A stretch of DNA of 31,751 bases from an uncultured Desulfurococcales archaeon (lineage in GTDB: Archaea; Thermoproteota; Thermoprotei_A; Sulfolobales; Acidilobaceae): the NCBI GenBank assembly GCA_964428695.1, contig CAYRZG010000001.1, positions 1 to 31,751 of the forward strand, written 5' to 3'. The translations under genes were made by a program, and so were the position numbers. The notes below the pieces were generated by a model. It was not told where the DNA came from. It searched no databases and was given only the letters and a program-made list of their open reading frames with translations. Positions within the stretch are counted from its first letter, which is position 1; every line of letters begins with the position of its first letter. Below are positions 1-7,240 of this stretch, one piece after another.

Positions 1-594
1 CTCGCGAGCCCCCTCCAGCGCTATAACGTTAGTATAGCCATACCTATGCAGGTTTATGACGTCTGCCCTGCCCTCAACTATTATTACCGTGTCACTCTTA
101 TCCACGTCGGGACCCGCTGGGAGCTTCTCGGGCCCGTATTCTATTACCCTCCTCTGCTTAGCCTCCTCCTTCTCGGCCTCGAGTATCTTCCTTATGATCT
201 CCTTAATGTCGGGCTCGCTAGCCTTAATCATCTTGAGTAGTTCTTTGCTCCGCTCAATAATTTTCTTGATCTTCTCGGCTCTCAGGTCTTTGATCTCTTC
301 AACGACTATCCTGGCCGGGTATGGGCCGATCCTGTCTACTGTCTCCAGCATAGCTGCCAGGATGGCGGTCTCTACTCTGCCCAGGTTGCTGGGTATCTGT
401 ATAGTGCCCACGGTCTTGGTGCCATGGTATCTAACCTCGACGTGAACCCTTCCGATCTTGTCCTTGTTCTGCAGCTCCTCCAGGTTGAACTCGGAGCCGA
501 GGAGTCCCTCGGTCTGGCCGAATATTGCCCCTATAACGTCATGTTTATCTACGCGCCCGTCGACCTCAAACCTTGCCTTTATCAAGTATTTCAA
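1..594 (-). CDS. dnaG: Archaeal DnaG-type primase / exosome-associated protein (5' part; runs off window start)
   Basis: Not in the ORF track. My translation from TTG at 594 (GGAGG upstream) gives MKYLIKARFEVDGRVDKHDVIGAIFGQTEGLLGSEFNLEELQNKDKIGRV...IPSNLGRVETAILAA...IIVEGRADVINLLRYGYTNVIALEGARE, the archaeal DnaG N-terminus plus the TOPRIM VEGRADV motif. Confidence 0.95.
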   Translation of the reverse strand, partial: MKYLIKARFEVDGRVDKHDVIGAIFGQTEGLLGSEFNLEELQNKDKIGRVHVEVRYHGTKTVGTIQIPSNLGRVETAILAAMLETVDRIGPYPARIVVEEIKDLRAEKIKKIIERSKELLKMIKASEPDIKEIIRKILEAEKEEAKQRRVIEYGPEKLPAGPDVDKSDTVIIVEGRADVINLHRYGYTNVIALEGARE

Positions 595-722
595 TCCACG
601 CCACACCTCCATGTCGTAAGTATTCTACAGTTAGCATGCCACAGTTGCATCCCCGGGCCATAGGCCCTGGGCGGCAGTACACCCCGGGTGAGGAAAGTTG
701 ACGTAGCGGGCCTTTTAGCTTC

Positions 723-1805
723 TTACCGGGTTATCGAGGCCATAAGTTTCCCTATTAGCTCTCTCGTCTCCGGGTCGCCTAGGAGGGTCTTCCTAACAGG
801 CTCCAGCATCTCCGCTAGAGCTTTGGCTGTAGCCTTCTTCAAGTCTGCGGGGTGGAGTCTCCCGCTAACGAAGTCTCTCTCCAGGTCCTCGTAGCGCTCA
901 TAGACTATAGTGCCGCCATACTTGGCGGGCCTCTCCACTACTAGCTTAAAGCCCTCCCTGGCGAATAGAATGTACTTGTTAATCTCTATGATAGGATTGA
1001 ACTCTACTACTCCCTTAGGGCAATAAGCCTTCATGATCTTGGCTTCTATTTCTTCGGGAGAGTCGTGTACGAAGATAGTGTTCTCGGGCTTAGACTTCGC
1101 CATCTTAACCTCGGCAAGCACCTCATCTATGGGTTGTGTAGTGTCCATTCTCCTACCGCCGCGGAGGCCTGTAATAATAGGCGTGTGGACGGCTATCGGC
1201 TTCTTGAAGCCTAGTTTTTCCGCGGTATCCCTGGCTAGCATGTGGGCCTTCCTCTGGTCCATGCCGCCCAGGGCGAGGTCTAAGTCAAGGTAGAAGATAT
1301 CCGAAACCTGCATTAGAGGGTATATGATCTTCGACGAGTCCAGCTCAGCCTCATCCATCCTCCTACCCATTATGGTTAGGGCTCTCTTCACCCTGCTAAG
1401 GGTGTTCCGCTTCGCCACGCGGAGTAGGATTTCCCAGTAACGTTTATCCGAGGCGAGATCCTCCGCGTCGACAAACTTTATCTTATCAACTGGGACCCCC
1501 AGGGCTTCCATGGTCTTCCTTACAATCATAGCGCTCTTCCTTATCAGGTTAATATCTCCTCCGAGCTTATCGTTAATGTAGGCGTGCCATGTGGCCTCTA
1601 GTATAATGAAGTCTACACCTGCCTCTATGAGGTCGCGTACCTTCATTATCCAGACAAGCCAGCCGACGTGAACTAGCCCGCTCGGCTCATAGCCTATATA
1701 GCCTTTCAACCTCTCGCCGGCTTCAAGCTTCTCTCTCAACTCGTCAACAGTTACGATCTCGGCCACATTACGTGTTATGAGGGTAAGTCTCTCTTCAATA
1801 TCCAA
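723..1805 (-). CDS. tyrS: Tyrosyl-tRNA synthetase (archaeal type)
   Basis: YIGYEPSGLVHVG (HIGH region), YPLMQVSDIFYL, GGMDQRKAHMLARD, KMAKS; TTG start. Confidence 0.97.
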   Translation of the reverse strand: MDIEERLTLITRNVAEIVTVDELREKLEAGERLKGYIGYEPSGLVHVGWLVWIMKVRDLIEAGVDFIILEATWHAYINDKLGGDINLIRKSAMIVRKTMEALGVPVDKIKFVDAEDLASDKRYWEILLRVAKRNTLSRVKRALTIMGRRMDEAELDSSKIIYPLMQVSDIFYLDLDLALGGMDQRKAHMLARDTAEKLGFKKPIAVHTPIITGLRGGRRMDTTQPIDEVLAEVKMAKSKPENTIFVHDSPEEIEAKIMKAYCPKGVVEFNPIIEINKYILFAREGFKLVVERPAKYGGTIVYERYEDLERDFVSGRLHPADLKKATAKALAEMLEPVRKTLLGDPETRELIGKLMASITR

Positions 1806-1810
1806 TGTTA

Positions 1811-3178
1811 TCAGCCAGCTGACCGAGACCGGAGAAATTCGGATATAAGCTTAGTGTGGGCTGGCCTAGCCTTAGCGATTCTCTCAAATATTCCGGTCCT
1901 CTTCATGGCCATTATCTCCCATCCGCGCAGGGCGAAGCAGAGATAGCATCCGGTCCTGTAGAAGCCGATATGGTATAGTGGGTTGAGTGGGAGGCCTAGA
2001 CGGGCTATGAGAATCTCAACATGGGCTCCCGACCATAGGCGTAGAGGCGATAGTGTGGGGTAGGGGAGGCCCCTGTCGACGCGCAGCATTGGCCTCTTAC
2101 TTCTCCTGTCCGACTCGGCGTCTCTATCTCCAACTATTAGTAGAATTCTCCCATACTCGTCTTCGAGCTTCCTAAGCGCTCTTCTAAGAGCCTCAAGCTT
2201 TCTACCCGTACACCATCTGTTCTCCGGCGACGGGAGGGGCATTCTCTCCAAAAGAAGGCCCCTGTCTACCCCCGCCTCTACCTCTATTAGGTCGACTCCA
2301 ACCTTTTCCGCCACGCTCCTAGCCGTCTCTCGATTCTCTTCAAAGTCGATCCCGGTATCAACATAAACCGCTGTCACCATGTCAGCGCCGAAGGTTCTAA
2401 CAGCAATATATAGTGCGGCCGTAGAGTCCTTTCCACCACTGAGAGGGACGACAATCCTTCCACGCCAGTCTCCAACGATCTTCCGCGTGAACTCTATCGT
2501 TTTCTCGACTAGCACGTCCAGGACATGCTTATTTAGATCAGCAAGATACCTTAGGCTCGCGGGCGGCGTGTTTACTATTGGCCTAACAAGCCTCCCCCTC
2601 GCCCTCGCGGCTCCAGAGGCTGCATTGTACTCGGCGAATACTTTAGGACCGTCGAATACAAGGTGGTGGTCCAAGGGAAGCTTCTCCGCAAGATACACTC
2701 CCCTAGGAAGCTCTACGCCTAGTACTTCTGAGAGTAGATCGACACCATTATCGAATATGAAGAATAGGTCTGCGGAAGGCTCCAAGTTGACGGCGACGGG
2801 GTCTCCACTGCCGTTGGATAGAAGGTAGCCGCTATCCGTCCAAGTCGTCTGCAGCCTCAGCATGACGCGGGCTCTCGTTACTAGAGCATTAATCATCTCG
2901 ATCGTGCTATTTCTCACTCTCTTTGTCCTGGCAACGATCGCAGCTGTGAACGGGACCCGTGAGAGGACCCTCCTAACGGGTTCAATGTAGTCTTCGTCCT
3001 CTCTGCCCAGAAGGACTACGGTGAAGGGGCGCGCCTCGCCAGCTATTCTCTCTACCAGCCTCTCCCCACGGACCCCTCCCAGCGACTCCACACTATAAGC
3101 GGAGGTTTCGGGAAACCGCTCAAGGCTCGCCCTAACAGCGTCTGCGTCTCGTTTGCTCCTAACAAGTATACGTAGCAT
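1811..3178 (-). CDS. PAPS-reductase-family PP-loop protein with a long N-terminal extension
   Basis: C-terminal half has VPLSGGKDS, YVDTGIDF, RWCT..KL, GDRDAES..R and RTGCYLC motifs. Confidence 0.85.
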   Translation of the reverse strand: MLRILVRSKRDADAVRASLERFPETSAYSVESLGGVRGERLVERIAGEARPFTVVLLGREDEDYIEPVRRVLSRVPFTAAIVARTKRVRNSTIEMINALVTRARVMLRLQTTWTDSGYLLSNGSGDPVAVNLEPSADLFFIFDNGVDLLSEVLGVELPRGVYLAEKLPLDHHLVFDGPKVFAEYNAASGAARARGRLVRPIVNTPPASLRYLADLNKHVLDVLVEKTIEFTRKIVGDWRGRIVVPLSGGKDSTAALYIAVRTFGADMVTAVYVDTGIDFEENRETARSVAEKVGVDLIEVEAGVDRGLLLERMPLPSPENRWCTGRKLEALRRALRKLEDEYGRILLIVGDRDAESDRRSKRPMLRVDRGLPYPTLSPLRLWSGAHVEILIARLGLPLNPLYHIGFYRTGCYLCFALRGWEIMAMKRTGIFERIAKARPAHTKLISEFLRSRSAG

Positions 3179-3187
3179 GCCGCCCGG

Positions 3188-3385
3188 CTACCCCCTTTTA
3201 TATATCAGTAGCACGAGGCCTGTGGAGCCTAGTAGGACTCCGAGAGTAATGAGGCCTAGTATTATTATGGCCTTGACTAGCCTCACTATCTGCTCATAGT
3301 TGAGGGTTGCTACAGTGTATGCTAGGGGGACTGCTAGGATGAAGCCTAGCAGGAAGAGCATTATGCCTAGCGTCTTAGTCTTCAA
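3188..3385 (-). CDS. Small two-helix membrane protein (65 aa)
   Basis: Two hydrophobic segments; GGAGGGG upstream; stop 10 nt before the next gene's start. Confidence 0.7.
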   Translation of the reverse strand: MKTKTLGIMLFLLGFILAVPLAYTVATLNYEQIVRLVKAIIILGLITLGVLLGSTGLVLLIYKRG

Positions 3386-3465
3386 CCATCAATCCCCTCC
3401 TCTCCCCCGGCTACTCTGAATTATTATGCTAGCATCCACACCCAGCGCCTGCCCGGGGCTAGGCT

Positions 3466-4326
3466 TTGGGCGCCGAAATAAGGCCCGGGGAAAGGCTGGC
3501 CAGCGCTGCCAGGCCCGAGTCAGGGGGAGCGCAGTACCATATTAGGGTGGGGCCCGGGCAGGTTGCCCGATACGTTCTACTACCGGGAGATCCCGAAAGG
3601 ACAGACCTCATATCGAGCATGTGGGACTCTAGAAGGCTGATAGCATTTCATAGAGAGTATAAGACGTATACCGGGCTCTACCGTGGAGTCGAAATCTCGG
3701 TTACAAGCACGGGAATAGGGTCTCCAAGCGCTGTTATTGCAGTAGAGGAGCTGCTAAGGGTAGGGGCGGACACTTTCATAAGGGTTGGAACAATGGGTGG
3801 CATTAGGTCTAGCCTGCAGCCAGGTACGCTCGTCATCGCGACGGGGGCTGTTAGACTAGAGGGGACGAGCAAGCAGTATGTTAGAGTCGAATATCCTGCG
3901 ATAGCGCACTACCAGGTCGTGCAGGCTCTAATCGAGGCGGCTGAAGCCCTTGGGGCAAGGTATGAAGTTGGCATTGTCGCGAGCACTGACAGCTTCTACC
4001 TAGGCCAGGGCAGGCCGGGATATAAGGGATACATGACGAGTAGCGCGGCCGCTATCATCCCGGAGCTTTCCGCGGCCGGTGTTCTAGGCTTCGAAATGGA
4101 GGCCTCCTCAATATTCACCGTGAGCTCAATCTATGGGGCGAGGGCAGGCTGCGTATGCGCGGTAGTCGCGAACCGTGTAACTGACGAGTTCGTAGTCGAC
4201 GCCGGGGTTAGGGAGGCTGCGCGCGTCGCTAACGAGGCTGTTAGGATATTGAAGGAGTGGGACAACATTATGGAGAGGGATGGTAAGAGATGGTTCTACC
4301 CAAGCCTGGTAGGAGGGAGCACGTAG
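3466..4326 (+). CDS. udp: Uridine/nucleoside phosphorylase
   Basis: QYHI, LLPGDPER, HREY, STGIGSPS, RVGTMGG, DSFYLGQGR and FEMEASS motifs. Confidence 0.92.
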   Translation: MGAEIRPGERLASAARPESGGAQYHIRVGPGQVARYVLLPGDPERTDLISSMWDSRRLIAFHREYKTYTGLYRGVEISVTSTGIGSPSAVIAVEELLRVGADTFIRVGTMGGIRSSLQPGTLVIATGAVRLEGTSKQYVRVEYPAIAHYQVVQALIEAAEALGARYEVGIVASTDSFYLGQGRPGYKGYMTSSAAAIIPELSAAGVLGFEMEASSIFTVSSIYGARAGCVCAVVANRVTDEFVVDAGVREAARVANEAVRILKEWDNIMERDGKRWFYPSLVGGST

Positions 4327-5216
4327 TAGTCGGCAATATCAACATAGACATTAGCCTTAAGGTAGACAGGTTCCCGCGGCCCGACGAAAACCTGTTTGCG
4401 AGCGACGCGTGGATAGGCCCCGGCGGGGCTGCGTCTAACTATGCGATAGCAGTAGCCAGGCTAGGCCATAGGCCACGCCTAATAGCCAGGGCGGGAGATG
4501 ACGCCTACCGCCTAGGTATACTAGACTACCTGAGGCTCGTCGGAGTCGTTGTCGACGATGTTGTTATAGCGAGAGGTGAGAACACGGGAACCGTAGTAGT
4601 CATAGTGGTGCCGAAGGATTCCACTAGAACAATGCTCACCGTCCGAGGCGCCAACGAGGGGCTTACAGGCTCGATGGTGCCGGACAGGGGCGACCTAGTC
4701 CACTTCGCAAGTGTTAAGGGTGTGATAGTCGAGGATGCCGCTAGTGTCGCGGGATCCAGGAAAGCCTCCTACGATCCCGGGGGAGAAGTCTACCGTGACC
4801 CTCTCGGCGTTGCCAAGGCCGCCCGTCTAGTAGAAGTTCTAATACTCAACGAGCTTGAAGCATCCAGGCTATCAGCAGCAATAGGTACAACTGTATCAAA
4901 TCTATCCAGCGCCATAGGAGGGAGGCTGGAGCTTGTAATAGTAAAGCTGGGCAAGGGTGGGGCCGTAGCATACATTAATGGGGAGAAACTCTACGTCAAG
5001 CCGTGCAGGCCCAAGAGGTTAGTAGACGCTACAGGAGCCGGAGACGCTTTCGACGCTGCGCTCAACTACTGTCTCCTCGAAGGTTGCGACCTGGAGACCT
5101 CCCTGAAGGTGGCGTCCGCCGCGGGGTCCGCAAAGGTTGCTAGGAGGGGGAGTAGCAACATGCCGGAGAGGAGTGAGATCGAGGAACTCTACGAGTCATG
5201 TTATGGGAGGGGCTAG
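4290..5216 (+). CDS. PfkB/ribokinase-family sugar or nucleoside kinase
   Basis: GNINID, PGGAASNYA, LNELEA, VKLGKGG and DATGAGDAF motifs; overlaps the udp end by 37 nt. Confidence 0.9.
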   Translation: MVLPKPGRREHVVVGNINIDISLKVDRFPRPDENLFASDAWIGPGGAASNYAIAVARLGHRPRLIARAGDDAYRLGILDYLRLVGVVVDDVVIARGENTGTVVVIVVPKDSTRTMLTVRGANEGLTGSMVPDRGDLVHFASVKGVIVEDAASVAGSRKASYDPGGEVYRDPLGVAKAARLVEVLILNELEASRLSAAIGTTVSNLSSAIGGRLELVIVKLGKGGAVAYINGEKLYVKPCRPKRLVDATGAGDAFDAALNYCLLEGCDLETSLKVASAAGSAKVARRGSSNMPERSEIEELYESCYGRG

Positions 5217-5224
5217 TGTTAGAG

Positions 5225-5536
5225 TTAAGCCTGCCCCGCGGCTTCGGCCTCAGGCTTCTCGAGCCTCCTGAAAGCCTCCATTAGCTCGTTGGCCTTCCTC
5301 TCCGGGTAGGGGATTCCAGCATTGTCTAGGGCTTCGAATATCTTACCTAGATACTCTGTGGGTTTGAGTGCCTCTCTGATAGCGCCTAGATCGACCGTGA
5401 TAACCCGGACAGAAGCTGGGTCGAATATCCTGACAATATCCTTCTCTACGCCTTTCTCGTCTCTAACCCGGTATACGTCTAGCTGGCGTAGCCCGAGTTC
5501 CTCGATAGCCCGCTTGTAGAGGGCTAGCACCTTCAC
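5225..5536 (-). CDS. Hypothetical soluble protein (103 aa)
   Basis: Protein-like composition; fills the gap between convergent pfkB and the divergent wHTH gene; GTG start. Confidence 0.7.
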   Translation of the reverse strand: MKVLALYKRAIEELGLRQLDVYRVRDEKGVEKDIVRIFDPASVRVITVDLGAIREALKPTEYLGKIFEALDNAGIPYPERKANELMEAFRRLEKPEAEAAGQA

Positions 5537-5602
5537 TTCCGGCGCACCCCAGGCTATAACCCGCAGGGTCCCCCTCCCTCTTAATCTATTCCGGTGGTCT
5601 AG

Positions 5603-5884
5603 GTGAAAGTAGATGTGGATGTGAGGAGGCTCGCCCTCTACATTGCTAGGTCGGGTCGAAGATTCGTAACGCTGAAAGATATAGAGTATAGGCTCGCCGT
5701 CTCTAGGGTAACGGCTGGGAAGCTGCTTGCAGAAATGGTTAGAATGGGCGTAGCTAGAAGATACAGTAGCAGGGCATATGAGATCCTATTTCCCGCAAAT
5801 GTCGCGGTAAAACCTATACGATATTGCGGAGACGAGCATCCAGAAGAAGCCGAGGAAAAGATCGAGACGCCTATTGAACGCTAG
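5603..5884 (+). CDS. Small winged-helix DNA-binding protein
   Basis: TLKDIEYRLAVSRVTAGKLLAEMVRMGVARR has a wHTH pattern; GGTGG upstream of GTG. Confidence 0.65.
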   Translation: MKVDVDVRRLALYIARSGRRFVTLKDIEYRLAVSRVTAGKLLAEMVRMGVARRYSSRAYEILFPANVAVKPIRYCGDEHPEEAEEKIETPIER

Positions 5885-5971
5885 ACCTACATACACTCCC
5901 ATGACCCCGGCTATAGTCGAAGTCATGGTAGCTGCAGCACCTATAGCCCTCACCCTACCAGTGCACGTCAA
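5786..5971 (-). CDS. Possible small two-TM membrane protein (61 aa)
   Basis: Two hydrophobic helices separated by NRR; GGTGG upstream of TTG; overlaps the tail of the wHTH ORF. Confidence 0.45.
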   Translation of the reverse strand: MTCTGRVRAIGAAATMTSTIAGVMGVYVGLAFNRRLDLFLGFFWMLVSAISYRFYRDICGK

Positions 5972-6035
5972 GCAACACCACCGTTAACCATCTTACCTTC
6001 GAGGCCTCACCCGCACTAACCGCGGGTGACGAAAA

Positions 6036-6278
6036 CTGGCTAGGAGGTACTATGAATGCATAGTCTGCGGTAGGAAGTTCCCCGAAGGACAGGGGATAAT
6101 ATTATACAAGGCTGGCATACCACTATATTTCCACTCGTCAAAGTGTGCCGCAAAATTCCTGAAAGCCTTAGTCGACAACTTAGACGACTCCTGTGCTAAA
6201 CAAGCTATAGAGGAGACTGTACGAAGCTTCAAAGAGGCTCTAGAGGCCAGAAGACAGAAGGCTAGGAAAACAATATAG
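6036..6278 (+). CDS. TRASH/L24e-like small metal-binding protein (80 aa; probable CTG start; not in ORF track)
   Basis: (L/M)ARRYYECIVCGRKFPEGQGIILYKAGIPLYFHSSKCAAKFLKAL...RKTI*. An in-frame TGA lies at 6027-6029, and GGGTGA sits 6 nt before CTG 6036. Confidence 0.75.
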   Translation: MARRYYECIVCGRKFPEGQGIILYKAGIPLYFHSSKCAAKFLKALVDNLDDSCAKQAIEETVRSFKEALEARRQKARKTI

Positions 6279-6287
6279 GGGGAGACC

Positions 6288-6989
6288 TTGAAGGTAACTG
6301 TAAAACTTTACAGTTTAATACGGCACTTAGCTGGCACTGATACTGTGAAAGTAGAGGTCCCTGACGACGCCAGGGTCTCCGACGTTCTCGTCGCTATCGC
6401 GGAGACTAGCGCCGGGTTTAAGCGGGCTATAGACGTTCTATCGGGAGAGATACTTGTCTTAGACGAGACTGGTAAGAGGCTAAACCCAGAAGATAGGCCT
6501 ACCAGAACTATACATGTTATGCCTCCTCCCGAAGGCGGCTCGCCGATAATAGACGTTGGAGTTTTGGAGAGGGGGGAGAGCCTTAGCCTAGACAGGCTGC
6601 AGGCTAGGATACCTGCAGATGCTAACGTCGGAGCTGTTATCGTTTTCGTCGGAAGGGTTAGAAGGGTTAACAGGGGTAAGGACGTTGACGAGCTGGTTTA
6701 CGAGCATGCAGGAGAGCTGACTAGGAAGAAGCTGGAGGAGGTAACAGTGGAGATTGCCGAGAAGTATAATCTGGCATATGCCGCGGCTTACCATTATGTT
6801 GGTCGCCTGAAGCCGGGAGACACTACGATGGTGATTGTGGTCGCGGGCGAGAATAGGAGTAGTACAATGCCGGCGCTTGAGGAGCTTGTAGAAAGGGTTA
6901 AGCGGGAGGTGCCTATATGGAAGCTGGAGGCTTACAAGGATGGTAGTAAAAGTTACATTGTTGGCGGCAGGTTTATCGACGACTCTTAA
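6288..6989 (+). CDS. moaE: MoaD/ThiS-MoaE fusion (molybdopterin synthase)
   Basis: N-terminal beta-grasp domain ending PPPEGG (GG at 6534-6539), then MoaE motifs GAVIVFVGRVR, YEH and VKREVPIWKLE. Confidence 0.9.
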   Translation: MKVTVKLYSLIRHLAGTDTVKVEVPDDARVSDVLVAIAETSAGFKRAIDVLSGEILVLDETGKRLNPEDRPTRTIHVMPPPEGGSPIIDVGVLERGESLSLDRLQARIPADANVGAVIVFVGRVRRVNRGKDVDELVYEHAGELTRKKLEEVTVEIAEKYNLAYAAAYHYVGRLKPGDTTMVIVVAGENRSSTMPALEELVERVKREVPIWKLEAYKDGSKSYIVGGRFIDDS

Positions 6990-7164
6990 GCATGCGGAGG
7001 ATGCCAGACTTCTCGAGTAGCGCTGCTGCCTTCCTAGCAGCCTCCTCCTCGTCATCCGCCTCCACGTTCACGATTATATTCGTCCCCTCTAGCCGCAGTC
7101 GAAACCTCCTCCTACCGTCAAGGAGGTATGTTTCGACGACTTCGAACCTTGCCTCCACCACCAT
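6973..7164 (-). CDS. Small hypothetical protein (about 63 aa)
   Basis: MVVEARFEVVETYLLDGRRRFRLRLEGTNIIVNVEADDEEEAARKA... I trimmed the start from 7398 because that extension is antisense to the aminotransferase. Confidence 0.7.
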   Translation of the reverse strand: MVVEARFEVVETYLLDGRRRFRLRLEGTNIIVNVEADDEEEAARKAAALLEKSGILRMLKSRR

Positions 7165-7240
7165 CACCCTACTGTAATACTTGGCACGCCCCCAATATTT
7201 TATCCTAAACAAACCCGGTGTGGCGTACCGGTGAAAGAGT

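Noticed and set aside
620-722. GC-rich tyrS-dnaG gap with GTGAGGA / GAGGAAAG (box C-like or RNase P-like)
   Set aside because: No CUGA/CCGA box at guide distance, and the gap is far too short for RNase P RNA.
6050-6232. 60-aa - strand ORF
   Set aside because: It is the antisense shadow of the CTG-start TRASH-like gene.
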